Below are positions 36,330 to 45,056 of a stretch of 64,000 nt of DNA, piece by piece (position 1 is the first letter of the stretch; every line of letters begins with the position of its first letter). Below the pieces are notes generated by a model. The model worked only from the letters and a program-made list of their open reading frames with translations, made no database searches and was not told where the DNA came from. The translations under genes and the position numbers were made by a program. Origin of the DNA: a bacterium (GTDB taxonomy: Bacteria > UBA8248); the NCBI GenBank assembly GCA_965221165.1, contig CBDCRP010000003.1:544001-608000 (forward strand), in the 5' to 3' direction.

Positions 36330-37205
36330 CTACGCGCTCGCCCAGGCGATGATGGCCGTACCGCAAAAGAGCAGCGCCGCCCCGGCCCATTTTTGCCACG
36401 TCAGTTTCTCCTCCTCCTTAAGCCAGACCCGCGCGAGCAGGAGGGAGAACAAAGGAGCCGTATAGCTCAAGGGCATCACGATGAACACCTCTCCATACTG
36501 AAACGCGGCGAAAAACGCTATATACGCCACCGCGTTGATGACGCCCGCGACCGTGAACCACAAAAGTCCTTTCCTGTCCATCCGGAAACGCTCGGCCTTG
36601 GGCAGGGCGGGAGCGAGCAGTAAGAGCGTGGGCAGGGAGACGGCGTTCGCAATCAGCGCGCCGATGATGAAGTCTCCATAGAGGAGCAATCCATAGCGCC
36701 TTGATGTAGATACGAAGGCCATCATGAAGGCGTGCAGAAAAGGATAAATCATGTGAATCCGCCGCCAGTCGGAATCCCCCTCGGGCTTGGCCGTCAGGAA
36801 CAGGCACCCCGCCGTGACGAAAAAAATGGCGAGCCAGACAGCGAGGTCCGGCCTCTCCCCGAGCCAGGCGATCGCCACCAGCGTCGCGAGGAAAGGCGTT
36901 ATCGTCACCAAAGGCATCGTGCGGCCCACGCCGATGCTCCTGTAGCCTAGAAACAGAAGTAACCGGCTGAAGCCCGGCGCGAAGATACCGCCCACAAAAA
37001 ACCACAGCGCCGCCTTGTACGTGAGCCCGCCCCAGTCCGAGAAGACGAGGGAGAGGCCGCCCAGAATCGGAATCCCTATCGCCAGACCGATCACGGCGCC
37101 GACGTAGGGTGTGGTTGCTCCCAGAGCCTTGCGCGCGACGATGCTGAAGACGGCGAACGAAACCGACGCCGTGAGACTGAAAGCGATGGCGAGTTGGTGA
37201 TCCAA
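36330..37205 (-). CDS. EamA/DMT family transporter (paralog 2)
   Basis: About 10 TM; TPFLATLVAIAWLGE, APLFSLLLARVWLK. Confidence 0.88.
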   Translation of the reverse strand: MDHQLAIAFSLTASVSFAVFSIVARKALGATTPYVGAVIGLAIGIPILGGLSLVFSDWGGLTYKAALWFFVGGIFAPGFSRLLLFLGYRSIGVGRTMPLVTITPFLATLVAIAWLGERPDLAVWLAIFFVTAGCLFLTAKPEGDSDWRRIHMIYPFLHAFMMAFVSTSRRYGLLLYGDFIIGALIANAVSLPTLLLLAPALPKAERFRMDRKGLLWFTVAGVINAVAYIAFFAAFQYGEVFIVMPLSYTAPLFSLLLARVWLKEEEKLTWQKWAGAALLFCGTAIIAWASA

Positions 37206-37350
37206 GGAGAGGACTTACCGGATCGGGAATACGCTGAAGCAGAAAAACCGGAGGGAAGGATTCACGCCCGCGCTCCCCCGTCGATGGCGGCGGGCGGCGT
37301 CCACCGCATCCCGAGCGCCACTGGTTTCAGTAAGGGCCATGCGCAAAGCC

Positions 37351-37896
37351 TCAACAGCCCGTTTTTATACACCTGATGCACTCGACGATGCTGTCCGGCT
37401 CGCTCGGTCTGGAGGAATTTCTGACATCGTAGCCTTCCATCTTTCCACTGCTGAACAAGCCGATGAGCATTCGCCCGTCTTCGAGGACGATGTAATCCCC
37501 GATGAGAACTCTTCCGGTGGTTGCATCCCGAGCGGCGCGTCGATAAATTTTCCGGGTCTTAATTTTGTGGTTGCACGAAGACGCGTATCGGGTTCCGTTC
37601 TTCAAGACGTGGGCTTTGCCGTCCACGATGTCCGTATGCGTTCGGCGCCCCTCCCCGGAAAGCCAGCCGTCCGTGAAGTTCACTCTCGTAATTCCGTCCT
37701 CACCCACATGAAAGGATATTTTCATATAGCGAATTTTGCCGCAAATCCACTCGCCGATCATCTCCGGGCTGCACTCGGAGACCGGGTCGGCGACCTTCCC
37801 GACGGGGCGATCCGGCCGTTCGGCGGCGGAAGCGGTTCCAGTGGGAACGGCCAGGACGAGCAAGAGAAACAAGGCATTCAGGCCGAAAGAAAACAT
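37351..37896 (-). CDS. Hypothetical exported protein
   Basis: Signal peptide MFSFGLNALFLLLVLAVPTGTASA; fills the gap between recognisable genes. Confidence 0.6.
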   Translation of the reverse strand: MFSFGLNALFLLLVLAVPTGTASAAERPDRPVGKVADPVSECSPEMIGEWICGKIRYMKISFHVGEDGITRVNFTDGWLSGEGRRTHTDIVDGKAHVLKNGTRYASSCNHKIKTRKIYRRAARDATTGRVLIGDYIVLEDGRMLIGLFSSGKMEGYDVRNSSRPSEPDSIVECIRCIKTGC

Positions 37897-38029
37897 GAGC
37901 GCCTCCCGGGAAACGTCCGGTTTTGCGGAATTCTACACCAGGCAGGCGAAAAGCGCCGCTCGCATTCCGGGAAGCATCAGGATGTCTCTCGGGATGGTGG
38001 GAAGCAGGGTTCGCTCGGAGCGCGCGAAA

Positions 38030-38089
38030 TTGACCAGGGGACCAAGCTTCGATATGATAAGTGTGTATGCGTTTATGTGTATATACACA
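38030..38089 (+). promoter_or_regulatory. Promoter and palindromic operator of the TA module
   Basis: TTGACC-N17-TATGAT (38030-38058) and perfect 14-bp palindrome TGTGTATATACACA (38076-38089) abutting the RBS. Confidence 0.7.
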
Positions 38090-38101
38090 GGAGATTGTCC
38101 C

Positions 38102-38338
38102 ATGACTCGATGGAACCTTTCCATTCCCGAAGAAACAGACCGCGCGGTCCGCACCTTTCTTGCGCGCAACGGCGGCAAGAAAGGAGACCTCTCCCGGTTC
38201 GTGGACGAAGCCGTGCGCCGCCGCGTGTTGGAACTCACCGTGAGCCGGGTCAAGGACCGCAACGCTCGGTATGACCAAGAGGAACTCCTCGATCTGATCG
38301 ACGAGGAGGTGGACGCCGCGCGTGCGGGTCGTTCTTGA
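38102..38338 (+). CDS. Ribbon-helix-helix antitoxin
   Basis: AGGAG then ATG; MTRWNLSIPEETDRAVRTFLARNGGKKGDLSRFVDEAV; overlaps the PIN gene. Confidence 0.85.
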   Translation: MTRWNLSIPEETDRAVRTFLARNGGKKGDLSRFVDEAVRRRVLELTVSRVKDRNARYDQEELLDLIDEEVDAARAGRS

Positions 38339-38738
38339 CGCCAACGTCCTCATCGGCGCGCTCATCTCCAGCGGCACACCGCCGGACGGGTTGTATCGGG
38401 CATGGCTGCGAGGCGAGATCGAACTCGTAACGTCCGCCGCGCAAATCGCGGAAATAGCCGACGTCGTCTCCCGGCCTCGTCTCAGGAAATTTATCGACCC
38501 CGATGAAGCGGCGGACATCCTCGATAACATCGGCTCCCGCGCCCTCATCCTCGATGAATTGCCGGAGGTGAACCTCTCCCCGGATCCGGGGGACAACCCG
38601 ATTCTGGCGGCGGCAATCGCAGGCGAGGCCGACCTGATCGTCTCAGGCGACAAGAAACACATGCTCACCTTAGGAGAAATCGAAGGCATTCCCATCGTGA
38701 CCGCTCGTGCGGCCTTAGCGCGCTTGGGCGGAGCATAG
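38322..38738 (+). CDS. PIN-domain toxin (VapC-like)
   Basis: RVVLDANVLIGAL, DPGDNPILAAA, ADLIVSGDKKHML. Confidence 0.9.
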   Translation: MRVVLDANVLIGALISSGTPPDGLYRAWLRGEIELVTSAAQIAEIADVVSRPRLRKFIDPDEAADILDNIGSRALILDELPEVNLSPDPGDNPILAAAIAGEADLIVSGDKKHMLTLGEIEGIPIVTARAALARLGGA

Positions 38739-38772
38739 CAACCGTGAAAGACTTTCGTCTTCCCGGATACTC

Positions 38773-39993
38773 CTAGAAATACACCTCTCCGGGTCTCACC
38801 GGCGGCGTCCACTCGCACTCGCCGAACGGGCCGTCGCTTTTCTCCTTGACGTAGGCGATGCGGTTGTCGTTCACGCTCTCGCCTATCAGGGCGCGGTGCA
38901 GCCAGTCCAGAATGTATTGGTGGTTGTCCATGCCGCCGAGATTCTTCAGGCTCACCAGGGGGTGGAACTGGTTCTCGAACACCCACATCTCTTTCTGACA
39001 CGTCAGATCCTCATACACCTCGATGGCGTCCTCGAGCGGGCAGAGCGGGTCGAACTCGCCCGTCACCAGAAGCGTGGGGCACTGAATCTTGTCCATGTAG
39101 CCCTTTACGGTCATGTTGCGCGCCATCTCGTCGAAGGCGTCCTCATCGTCCATGCCCGCCATGTACATGAACACCTGCTTGAAGCGGGGAGAGGACTGCG
39201 TGAAGATGGTGTTGTTGGGGTTGAAGCACGCCACCGCGCTCGCCACCGCCGCCGCCCGGTGGTCGTAGCTCGCCAGGCGGAGCGACCAGAAGCTGCCCAT
39301 GCTGATGCCGTAGATGCCGATTTTGGCGGGTTCGATTTCCTCGCGCCCCAGGAGGTAGTCCATCACCGCGGCGCCCGCGCGCTCGTAATTGTCGCCTACG
39401 GCGCGGATTTTCTGGATGTTGGAATTCCCCTGCCCCGGTCCGTCCATCGCCAGGACGTGAAAACCCCTGTCCGCCGCCACGTTGCGCCGCGCGTGGGGGA
39501 AGACTTCCTTGCTCTGGTCCATGCCCGGCACGTAGATGATGCAGGGTGCTTTTCTGCGGTCCGGCAGCAGGTGCAGGAGGCAGGATATCGTCTTGCCGTC
39601 GTCGAAGGGCGCCTCGACGCGCTCGATGGGATAAGAAGCCGTTTCCGAGCGCCTGTCGACCATCTCCTTGAGCTTGTTGCACAGGTAAATCTTCACCGGA
39701 TTGTCGTCATAGAAAATCGGGTGCTGCGCCATGCGGTAGGCCTCGATGGCGTGGTCGTAGTGCTCCGTGGCCGTGGCGTCAAAGCCCTCTCTCTGGGCTT
39801 TCTTCCCGAGTTTTTCGTGTTCTTCTGCGGACTCGCGCCAGACCTTGGGCAGCATCTGGTAGTTGTGCGCGCGCTTGCCCTGGGGGACTTCCAGGTAATC
39901 GCGCTCGAAGTTCTGGACGCGGCCTCTCATGTTCAAGGCCAAATCGAGCATCCACTGCTGGTTGTCTCTTTCGGTGCGTAGCTTCCGAATCAT
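38773..39993 (-). CDS. Alpha/beta hydrolase (FrsA / 2,6-dihydroxypseudooxynicotine hydrolase-like)
   Basis: PGMDQSKE, DGPGQG, GISMG nucleophile elbow, GEFDPLCP, C-terminal His. Confidence 0.85.
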   Translation of the reverse strand: MIRKLRTERDNQQWMLDLALNMRGRVQNFERDYLEVPQGKRAHNYQMLPKVWRESAEEHEKLGKKAQREGFDATATEHYDHAIEAYRMAQHPIFYDDNPVKIYLCNKLKEMVDRRSETASYPIERVEAPFDDGKTISCLLHLLPDRRKAPCIIYVPGMDQSKEVFPHARRNVAADRGFHVLAMDGPGQGNSNIQKIRAVGDNYERAGAAVMDYLLGREEIEPAKIGIYGISMGSFWSLRLASYDHRAAAVASAVACFNPNNTIFTQSSPRFKQVFMYMAGMDDEDAFDEMARNMTVKGYMDKIQCPTLLVTGEFDPLCPLEDAIEVYEDLTCQKEMWVFENQFHPLVSLKNLGGMDNHQYILDWLHRALIGESVNDNRIAYVKEKSDGPFGECEWTPPVRPGEVYF

Positions 39994-40130
39994 CTTTTCT
40001 CTCCACGTTTTGATAAAACGGCAAAAAAATTTCGCCGAAAAGAATCTTCTCTCTGTACCGGATTCCGGCGGAATGCTAAGCGAGCCGTCACCCAGTGGCC
40101 AACGGCGCGCAACGCAAAATATAAAATCCG

Positions 40131-41303
40131 CTAGCGGACGACGTCCTCCGTTCTAAGAGCGGCTATCTCCTCTTGGGAGAAGCCCATCTCCCCGAGCACC
40201 TCATCGGTGTGCTGCCCCAGCATGGGCGGCGGCCTCCGCACGGAAGACGGCGTCTTGTCGAACTTCACGGGCACGCCCCCGATTTGTAAAACGCCGTATT
40301 CGGGATGCTCCGCCCGGGCGAGATAGCCCATCGCCCGCATCTGCGGGTCCTCATAGAGGTCCGTAGGCTTCCTCACGCGCGCGCAGGGCACGCCCTCGCC
40401 CTCGAACTTGCGCACCCAATCTTCCGCCGGTGCGGTGCGCAAGACCTCCTCCACGCGGGGGATGATGACTTCGCGCGCATCGTGCCTTCCCCGAAACACC
40501 TGCCAGGCATCGTTTTCGAGCAATTCGGGAAGGCCTAATATTTCGCAGGATTTCTCCCAGAAACCATCCACGTCCATGTAGAGGTAGATGTGCCCGTCCG
40601 AGACTTCATAGACGCGGGCGATCCTGTCGCTCAGGGCGTCTTCCACCTTCGAGACGGGTTCCGAGTCGCTGGCCCACATGAGGCGGCCGAACTGCATGGC
40701 CGTGGCCCCGCCCAGGAGCGATGCGTCGATGCGCTGGCCCTCGCCCGTGCGCTCGCGCACGTAAAGCGCCATCATCACCGCGCCGAGTGCGAGCGCGCCC
40801 GTCATGTAATCCACAAACGAGCCCTGCACCAACTCGGGCGCGCCGCCCGCTCCCTGTTCGGCGGGAATGCCCGCCGTGGTCTGGATGATGGGGTCGATGC
40901 CCCGGCGTTCGCGCAGAGGCCCCCCCTGCCCGTAGGCGGAAATCGAGAGATAGATGAGCCGGGGGTTTTCGCGCATCAGGGCGTCTGCGCCGAGTCCGAA
41001 TTTCTCAATGGCTCCGGGACGATAACTCTCCACGAACACGTCCACTCGGGAGGCCAGTTTTTTGGCGATCTCCCTGCCCTGCTCCGTGCGCAGGTTGAGG
41101 GCGAGGCTGCGTTTGCTGCGGTTCAGGCCCAGGAACAGCCTGCTCTCCCCGTCGAAGGAGGTGGGGAAATTACGGACGCGATCGCCGCTCGGCGGCTCGA
41201 GCTTGACGACGTCCGCGCCCGCGTCGCCCATCATCAACGTGCAGAACGGACCCGCCACGTAATGCGTCAGGTCCAGCACCCGAATTCCTTCCAAACCGTC
41301 CAC
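40131..41303 (-). CDS. Family III CoA-transferase (CaiB/BaiF)
   Basis: LEGIRVLDLTHYVAGP, GADVVKLEPP, NRSKRS, ESYRPG, PPMLGQHT. Confidence 0.92.
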   Translation of the reverse strand: MDGLEGIRVLDLTHYVAGPFCTLMMGDAGADVVKLEPPSGDRVRNFPTSFDGESRLFLGLNRSKRSLALNLRTEQGREIAKKLASRVDVFVESYRPGAIEKFGLGADALMRENPRLIYLSISAYGQGGPLRERRGIDPIIQTTAGIPAEQGAGGAPELVQGSFVDYMTGALALGAVMMALYVRERTGEGQRIDASLLGGATAMQFGRLMWASDSEPVSKVEDALSDRIARVYEVSDGHIYLYMDVDGFWEKSCEILGLPELLENDAWQVFRGRHDAREVIIPRVEEVLRTAPAEDWVRKFEGEGVPCARVRKPTDLYEDPQMRAMGYLARAEHPEYGVLQIGGVPVKFDKTPSSVRRPPPMLGQHTDEVLGEMGFSQEEIAALRTEDVVR

Positions 41304-41408
41304 TTCTTTCCTCGATATTACATGAAATATATCTAATATCTATTTGAATTATAATATATTGTCAATGTAATGATTTATGGATCGTTCTCTTGATGTTGCC
41401 TATGATTT

Positions 41409-42119
41409 TCATTGTGGTTTTTCTCCCGAAAAGGCGAGAAGGCAACCGGCCACAAAAACCAGCACGACGATTATCGCCCATCGCCGCCGCCCCCGAGGAC
41501 GCGAAACGCTCCGGCGCGGGAGATCCTGAGCAGACACGGGCTTCGGAGGCGCATCCGGTTCGGGAGCAGGAGCCGGTTTGGGAGCGGGCCGCGCCCAATC
41601 CCCGCTTTTGAGCATCTCGATGAGCGCGTGGGCTTCATGCTTGGTGAGGTCGGAAACGCGGCGCTTGCCTTCCCCCCTCCATGCGCCCAACAGGATCGAG
41701 TGGTGCTGTTCCAACTGCTCGCCCTCGCCGGAGATGAAGCGGGTGAAAAGGGTCTCGGCAATCTTCACCAACCCCTCGTCGGAGAAGTGGTACCCCCCCT
41801 CCCGGAATAAATCCCCGATGTAGGATTTCTGTTTTTCTGTAAGCCTGTCGGCGTTCTCGGCCGCTTCGGGGCGGTTCTCCGATTCGGCGGTGCTGAGCGC
41901 CTTGCGGAGCGTGGTGATCATCCCGTGGCAAAGATCGCAGAGGCCCGTGAGATGGTCGGGCATGATTTCCACATCGGAACTGTAACGCCTTTGCCAGTGG
42001 TGGGCCGCCGTCGCCCGGAAGTGTCCACATGCCTGGCATACGCCGTTCGATCGAGCCAGCGCCGCCTCTCGCGCCTTCTGGAATCCTGGGCCATAGGTTT
42101 CGTCTGTCATTTTCCTCAT
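41409..42119 (-). CDS. HNH-like zinc-finger nuclease domain protein with C-terminal transmembrane anchor
   Basis: CQACG...AHHW...LTGLCDLCH; Pro-rich linker; WAIIVVLVFVAGCLLAF; start overlaps the upstream stop (ATGA). Confidence 0.6.
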   Translation of the reverse strand: MRKMTDETYGPGFQKAREAALARSNGVCQACGHFRATAAHHWQRRYSSDVEIMPDHLTGLCDLCHGMITTLRKALSTAESENRPEAAENADRLTEKQKSYIGDLFREGGYHFSDEGLVKIAETLFTRFISGEGEQLEQHHSILLGAWRGEGKRRVSDLTKHEAHALIEMLKSGDWARPAPKPAPAPEPDAPPKPVSAQDLPRRSVSRPRGRRRWAIIVVLVFVAGCLLAFSGEKPQ

Positions 42120-42553
42120 TCTCCGGGAAGCGATGAAATCTGCCGCCGCTCGATTTCCTCAATTTTTCGCATGAGTTTTTCGTTCGTGCGCTCGCGGGGA
42201 ACGATAAAGCGCTCGTTCGTCCCCCGGGCGACGACCTCCACCTCGTCTTGAATCTCCACCTCGAAGGCGCAGCGCCTGCCCTCGCGTTCGACCAATCGCG
42301 CCCGCGCCTCAACCCGCATTCCCTTGGGCGTTCCAGCCATGTAGGTGAGAGATACTTTCGTCCCCACGCTCGTCTGATCGGCCCCAAGATGTTTTTCGAG
42401 AGCATCCATGGAGGCCTTTTCCATAAACCGCACCAACTCGGGCGTCGCCGCCCCCTCGGCGTTCGTACCCCTTAGGTGCAGGGGCACGTGCTCATCCGCC
42501 ACGACGACGGAATACGTCCCCGCAATTCCCGGCTGAATCGTATCGTCATTCAT
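42116..42553 (-). CDS. FlK-like (fluoroacetyl-CoA) hot-dog thioesterase
   Basis: ATPELVRFME, SVGTKV, TPKGMRV, VARGTNERFIV. Confidence 0.85.
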   Translation of the reverse strand: MNDDTIQPGIAGTYSVVVADEHVPLHLRGTNAEGAATPELVRFMEKASMDALEKHLGADQTSVGTKVSLTYMAGTPKGMRVEARARLVEREGRRCAFEVEIQDEVEVVARGTNERFIVPRERTNEKLMRKIEEIERRQISSLPGE

Positions 42554-42583
42554 GTGGGTTCACCAGATGCTCCGACGCGGCGG

Positions 42584-43567
42584 CTAGCCGCCCATCGTAA
42601 GCACGATTTTTCCAAAGACCTTTCCCGTCATGAGCACGTCGTGGGAGCGTGCGGCCTCTGCGAGCGGCATCGTCTCCCCCACCGAGGCGCGCACCCTGCC
42701 ATCGGCCAGCAACAGGTCGAGTTGACGCACCATTTCAGGAAAAACGGGGTCCGAATTGAACAGGCTCATCCCCCGTACGTCGATGTCTTTCGAGTAAAAC
42801 GGCGGGTAGTTCACCGAACCCACCGGGTTTTTGCCCGTTCCGGCGCCGAGCACGACGATGCAGCCGCATTTCTTCACCGCCCGGCAGTCCGCGTCGAAAT
42901 TCTCCACAACCACCATCTCGATCACCGAATCCACCCCGACGCCGCCGGTCTCGGCGAGGCAGCGTTCGGCGAAATCCTCCTCGCGGTAGTTGATCACCAC
43001 GTCGGCGTCGAACCCACGGCAAAACTCCGCTTTTTCTTCCGAACTCACCGTCGTGATGACGCGCGCCCCGGCCGCTTTTGCGATTTGAATCCCGATGCAG
43101 CCCACGCCGCCCGCGCCCGCGTGGATGAGCACCGTCTCGCCCGCCTTGATGCCCGCCTTGTAAATCAGCGCGTAATAGGCCGTGTACAAGACCACCGGCA
43201 AGGACGCGCCCTCCTCATAGGAGAGATTATCGGGGAGTTTCGCCGTGCGAAACGGGTTCAAGAGCGCCTTTTCGGCATACGCGCCGCTTGTGGCCGCGCC
43301 GAAAACCCTGTCGCCGGGGGAGAAGGCGCTCACGCCGTCTCCAACGGCTATCACATCGCCCGCCGCATCGATGCCGGGCGTCCAGGGCAAGGCCAGGCTC
43401 TTCGAGAGCGGATGCGCGCCCGAGCGAAAGGTCATGTCCACGGGGTTCACGCCCGCCGCCTTCACATCGACCAGGATCTGTCCCGCCGAGGGTGCCGGGT
43501 CCGCCTCCTCCTCCAATACCATCACCTCGGGGTCTCCGAATTCATGCACGTGTATGGCCTTCATCAT
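42584..43567 (-). CDS. NADPH:quinone reductase / zeta-crystallin-like MDR protein (paralog 3)
   Basis: MKAIHVHEFGDPEV, AAGVNPVD, PGIDAAG, AGAGGVG, GKIVL. Confidence 0.9.
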   Translation of the reverse strand: MMKAIHVHEFGDPEVMVLEEEADPAPSAGQILVDVKAAGVNPVDMTFRSGAHPLSKSLALPWTPGIDAAGDVIAVGDGVSAFSPGDRVFGAATSGAYAEKALLNPFRTAKLPDNLSYEEGASLPVVLYTAYYALIYKAGIKAGETVLIHAGAGGVGCIGIQIAKAAGARVITTVSSEEKAEFCRGFDADVVINYREEDFAERCLAETGGVGVDSVIEMVVVENFDADCRAVKKCGCIVVLGAGTGKNPVGSVNYPPFYSKDIDVRGMSLFNSDPVFPEMVRQLDLLLADGRVRASVGETMPLAEAARSHDVLMTGKVFGKIVLTMGG

Positions 43568-43712
43568 CTTCTCCCATCGAATTGAGACATCATGGAGTTT
43601 GAATTTCTCTCAACAGTGGAGCAATGGATTCCGTCTGATTTCCTATTCCTTATCACACATCGTAAGAAAATGCTCTCGCGGCCGGGACCGCCCGCGTGGG
43701 AGGGCGGAGGCC

Positions 43713-43883
43713 TTGACACGGAGTTTTCAGCGGAGATAATGAGGCATACTCATCAGCGTAAAGAAAGACGCGCGCCCCGCCGTGCGAATGAGGGGCGGAG
43801 AATACCGGAAGGCAGAGGACTTGAGTTCACGGGGAACTCTGAAACCACCTAGGCGTTCATCTGGTGATGAGGCGTCATCATCA
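43713..43883 (+). promoter_or_regulatory. Putative promoter with two operator-like repeats
   Basis: TTGACA-N16-GATAAT (43713-43740); ATGAGGC-N4-TCATCA at 43739-43755 and 43867-43883. Confidence 0.55.
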
Positions 43884-43921
43884 AAATTCGTGCATGTTTT
43901 CAACATGAAAAGGAGCCCGTA

Positions 43922-44914
43922 ATGAAGAAATTCGCATTCTTGGCAACAGTGGCGGCAGCCGTGGCGTTCACGTTCTGCACGGCGGACGCCGCCGAGCGTT
44001 ATCGTTTCGGCGGAGGCCCCTCCGGAGGCGGGTGGCATCCTTCCATCAGCGCGGGAACCCAGCTTCTCAACAGGAAGCTCGGACGAAAATTCTACTTCCA
44101 GTATTCCCCCTCGGCCGGTTCGGTGGCCAACGTCCGCCGCGTGAGCCTGGGTGAGTTCGCCACATCGTGGGGACACGTGGGCCAGGTCTATCAGTCCTGG
44201 ACGGGCACGGGCCTGTTCAAGAAAGACGGCGCCAACAAGAACTTCCGCATCGTCGCCAACGTCCGCGCGCAGTCGCAGATCATCGCCGTGCTGGCGGACA
44301 GCACCATCAAGTCCTACATGGACATGGCGGGCAAGCGGGTGAACCTGCTCAAGCAGGGAACGGGCAGCCACGTGAACTGCAAGAACATATTCACCTCCGT
44401 CGGGCTTATCGACAAGATCAAGCCGCGCTACCTGGGCTTCGCCGCCTCGGGCCGCGCCCTGGGCGACCGCCAGGTCGACGTGTTTTGCTCCGCCGGCGCT
44501 CCCTTCACCATCCCGGCGCTCACCCGGCTCTCCATCCAGAAGCCGGTGCGCTACATCGGCCTGAGCGAGGCCGAACAGAAGACGGTGACGGGCGATAACA
44601 AGTTCTACGTGCCGATCACCATTCCCGTTCAAAAGGAAGTCCGGGGAATGAACGCTCCAGCGCGCTCCATCGCCTATGACGTCTGGTGGATCGCGCACAA
44701 GCAGATGTCCAACGACGCCATTTACAACATGCTCAAGGTCATTGCCGATCCCAATAACCTCAAGCAGTTGACCAAGACGGCGCGCTACTGGCGCGACCTG
44801 AGCGGCAACTTCAACGCGCTGAAGGTTCACAAGATCTTCGTGCACCCCGCAGCCGCGCGTTACTGGAAAGAACGCGGCGTGAAGGTGCCCGCCGAGGTCG
44901 TGAAAGGCTTCTGA
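43922..44914 (+). CDS. TAXI-family TRAP transporter solute-binding protein
   Basis: Signal peptide; GGPSGGGW, SAGSVANV, GKRVN...GTGS, HPAAARYWKE. Confidence 0.9.
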   Translation: MKKFAFLATVAAAVAFTFCTADAAERYRFGGGPSGGGWHPSISAGTQLLNRKLGRKFYFQYSPSAGSVANVRRVSLGEFATSWGHVGQVYQSWTGTGLFKKDGANKNFRIVANVRAQSQIIAVLADSTIKSYMDMAGKRVNLLKQGTGSHVNCKNIFTSVGLIDKIKPRYLGFAASGRALGDRQVDVFCSAGAPFTIPALTRLSIQKPVRYIGLSEAEQKTVTGDNKFYVPITIPVQKEVRGMNAPARSIAYDVWWIAHKQMSNDAIYNMLKVIADPNNLKQLTKTARYWRDLSGNFNALKVHKIFVHPAAARYWKERGVKVPAEVVKGF

Positions 44915-44947
44915 TTCTCGCAACGACAACCCCGGCGAGAAATCGCA

Positions 44948-44991
44948 CCCGGGGAGGAGGAGATACCGAGAAACTTCTCCTTCTCCCCGGG
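44948..44991 (+). other. Intercistronic stem-loop between the SBP and permease genes
   Basis: CCCGGGGAGGAGGAGA / TCTCCTTCTCCCCGGG. Confidence 0.6.
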
Positions 44992-45056
44992 ATTCTTTCG
45001 CCTAGCGCTTTTTCTCGCAATTGACGGCCCAATCGCCCAGGCCAGATAAGGACGCC

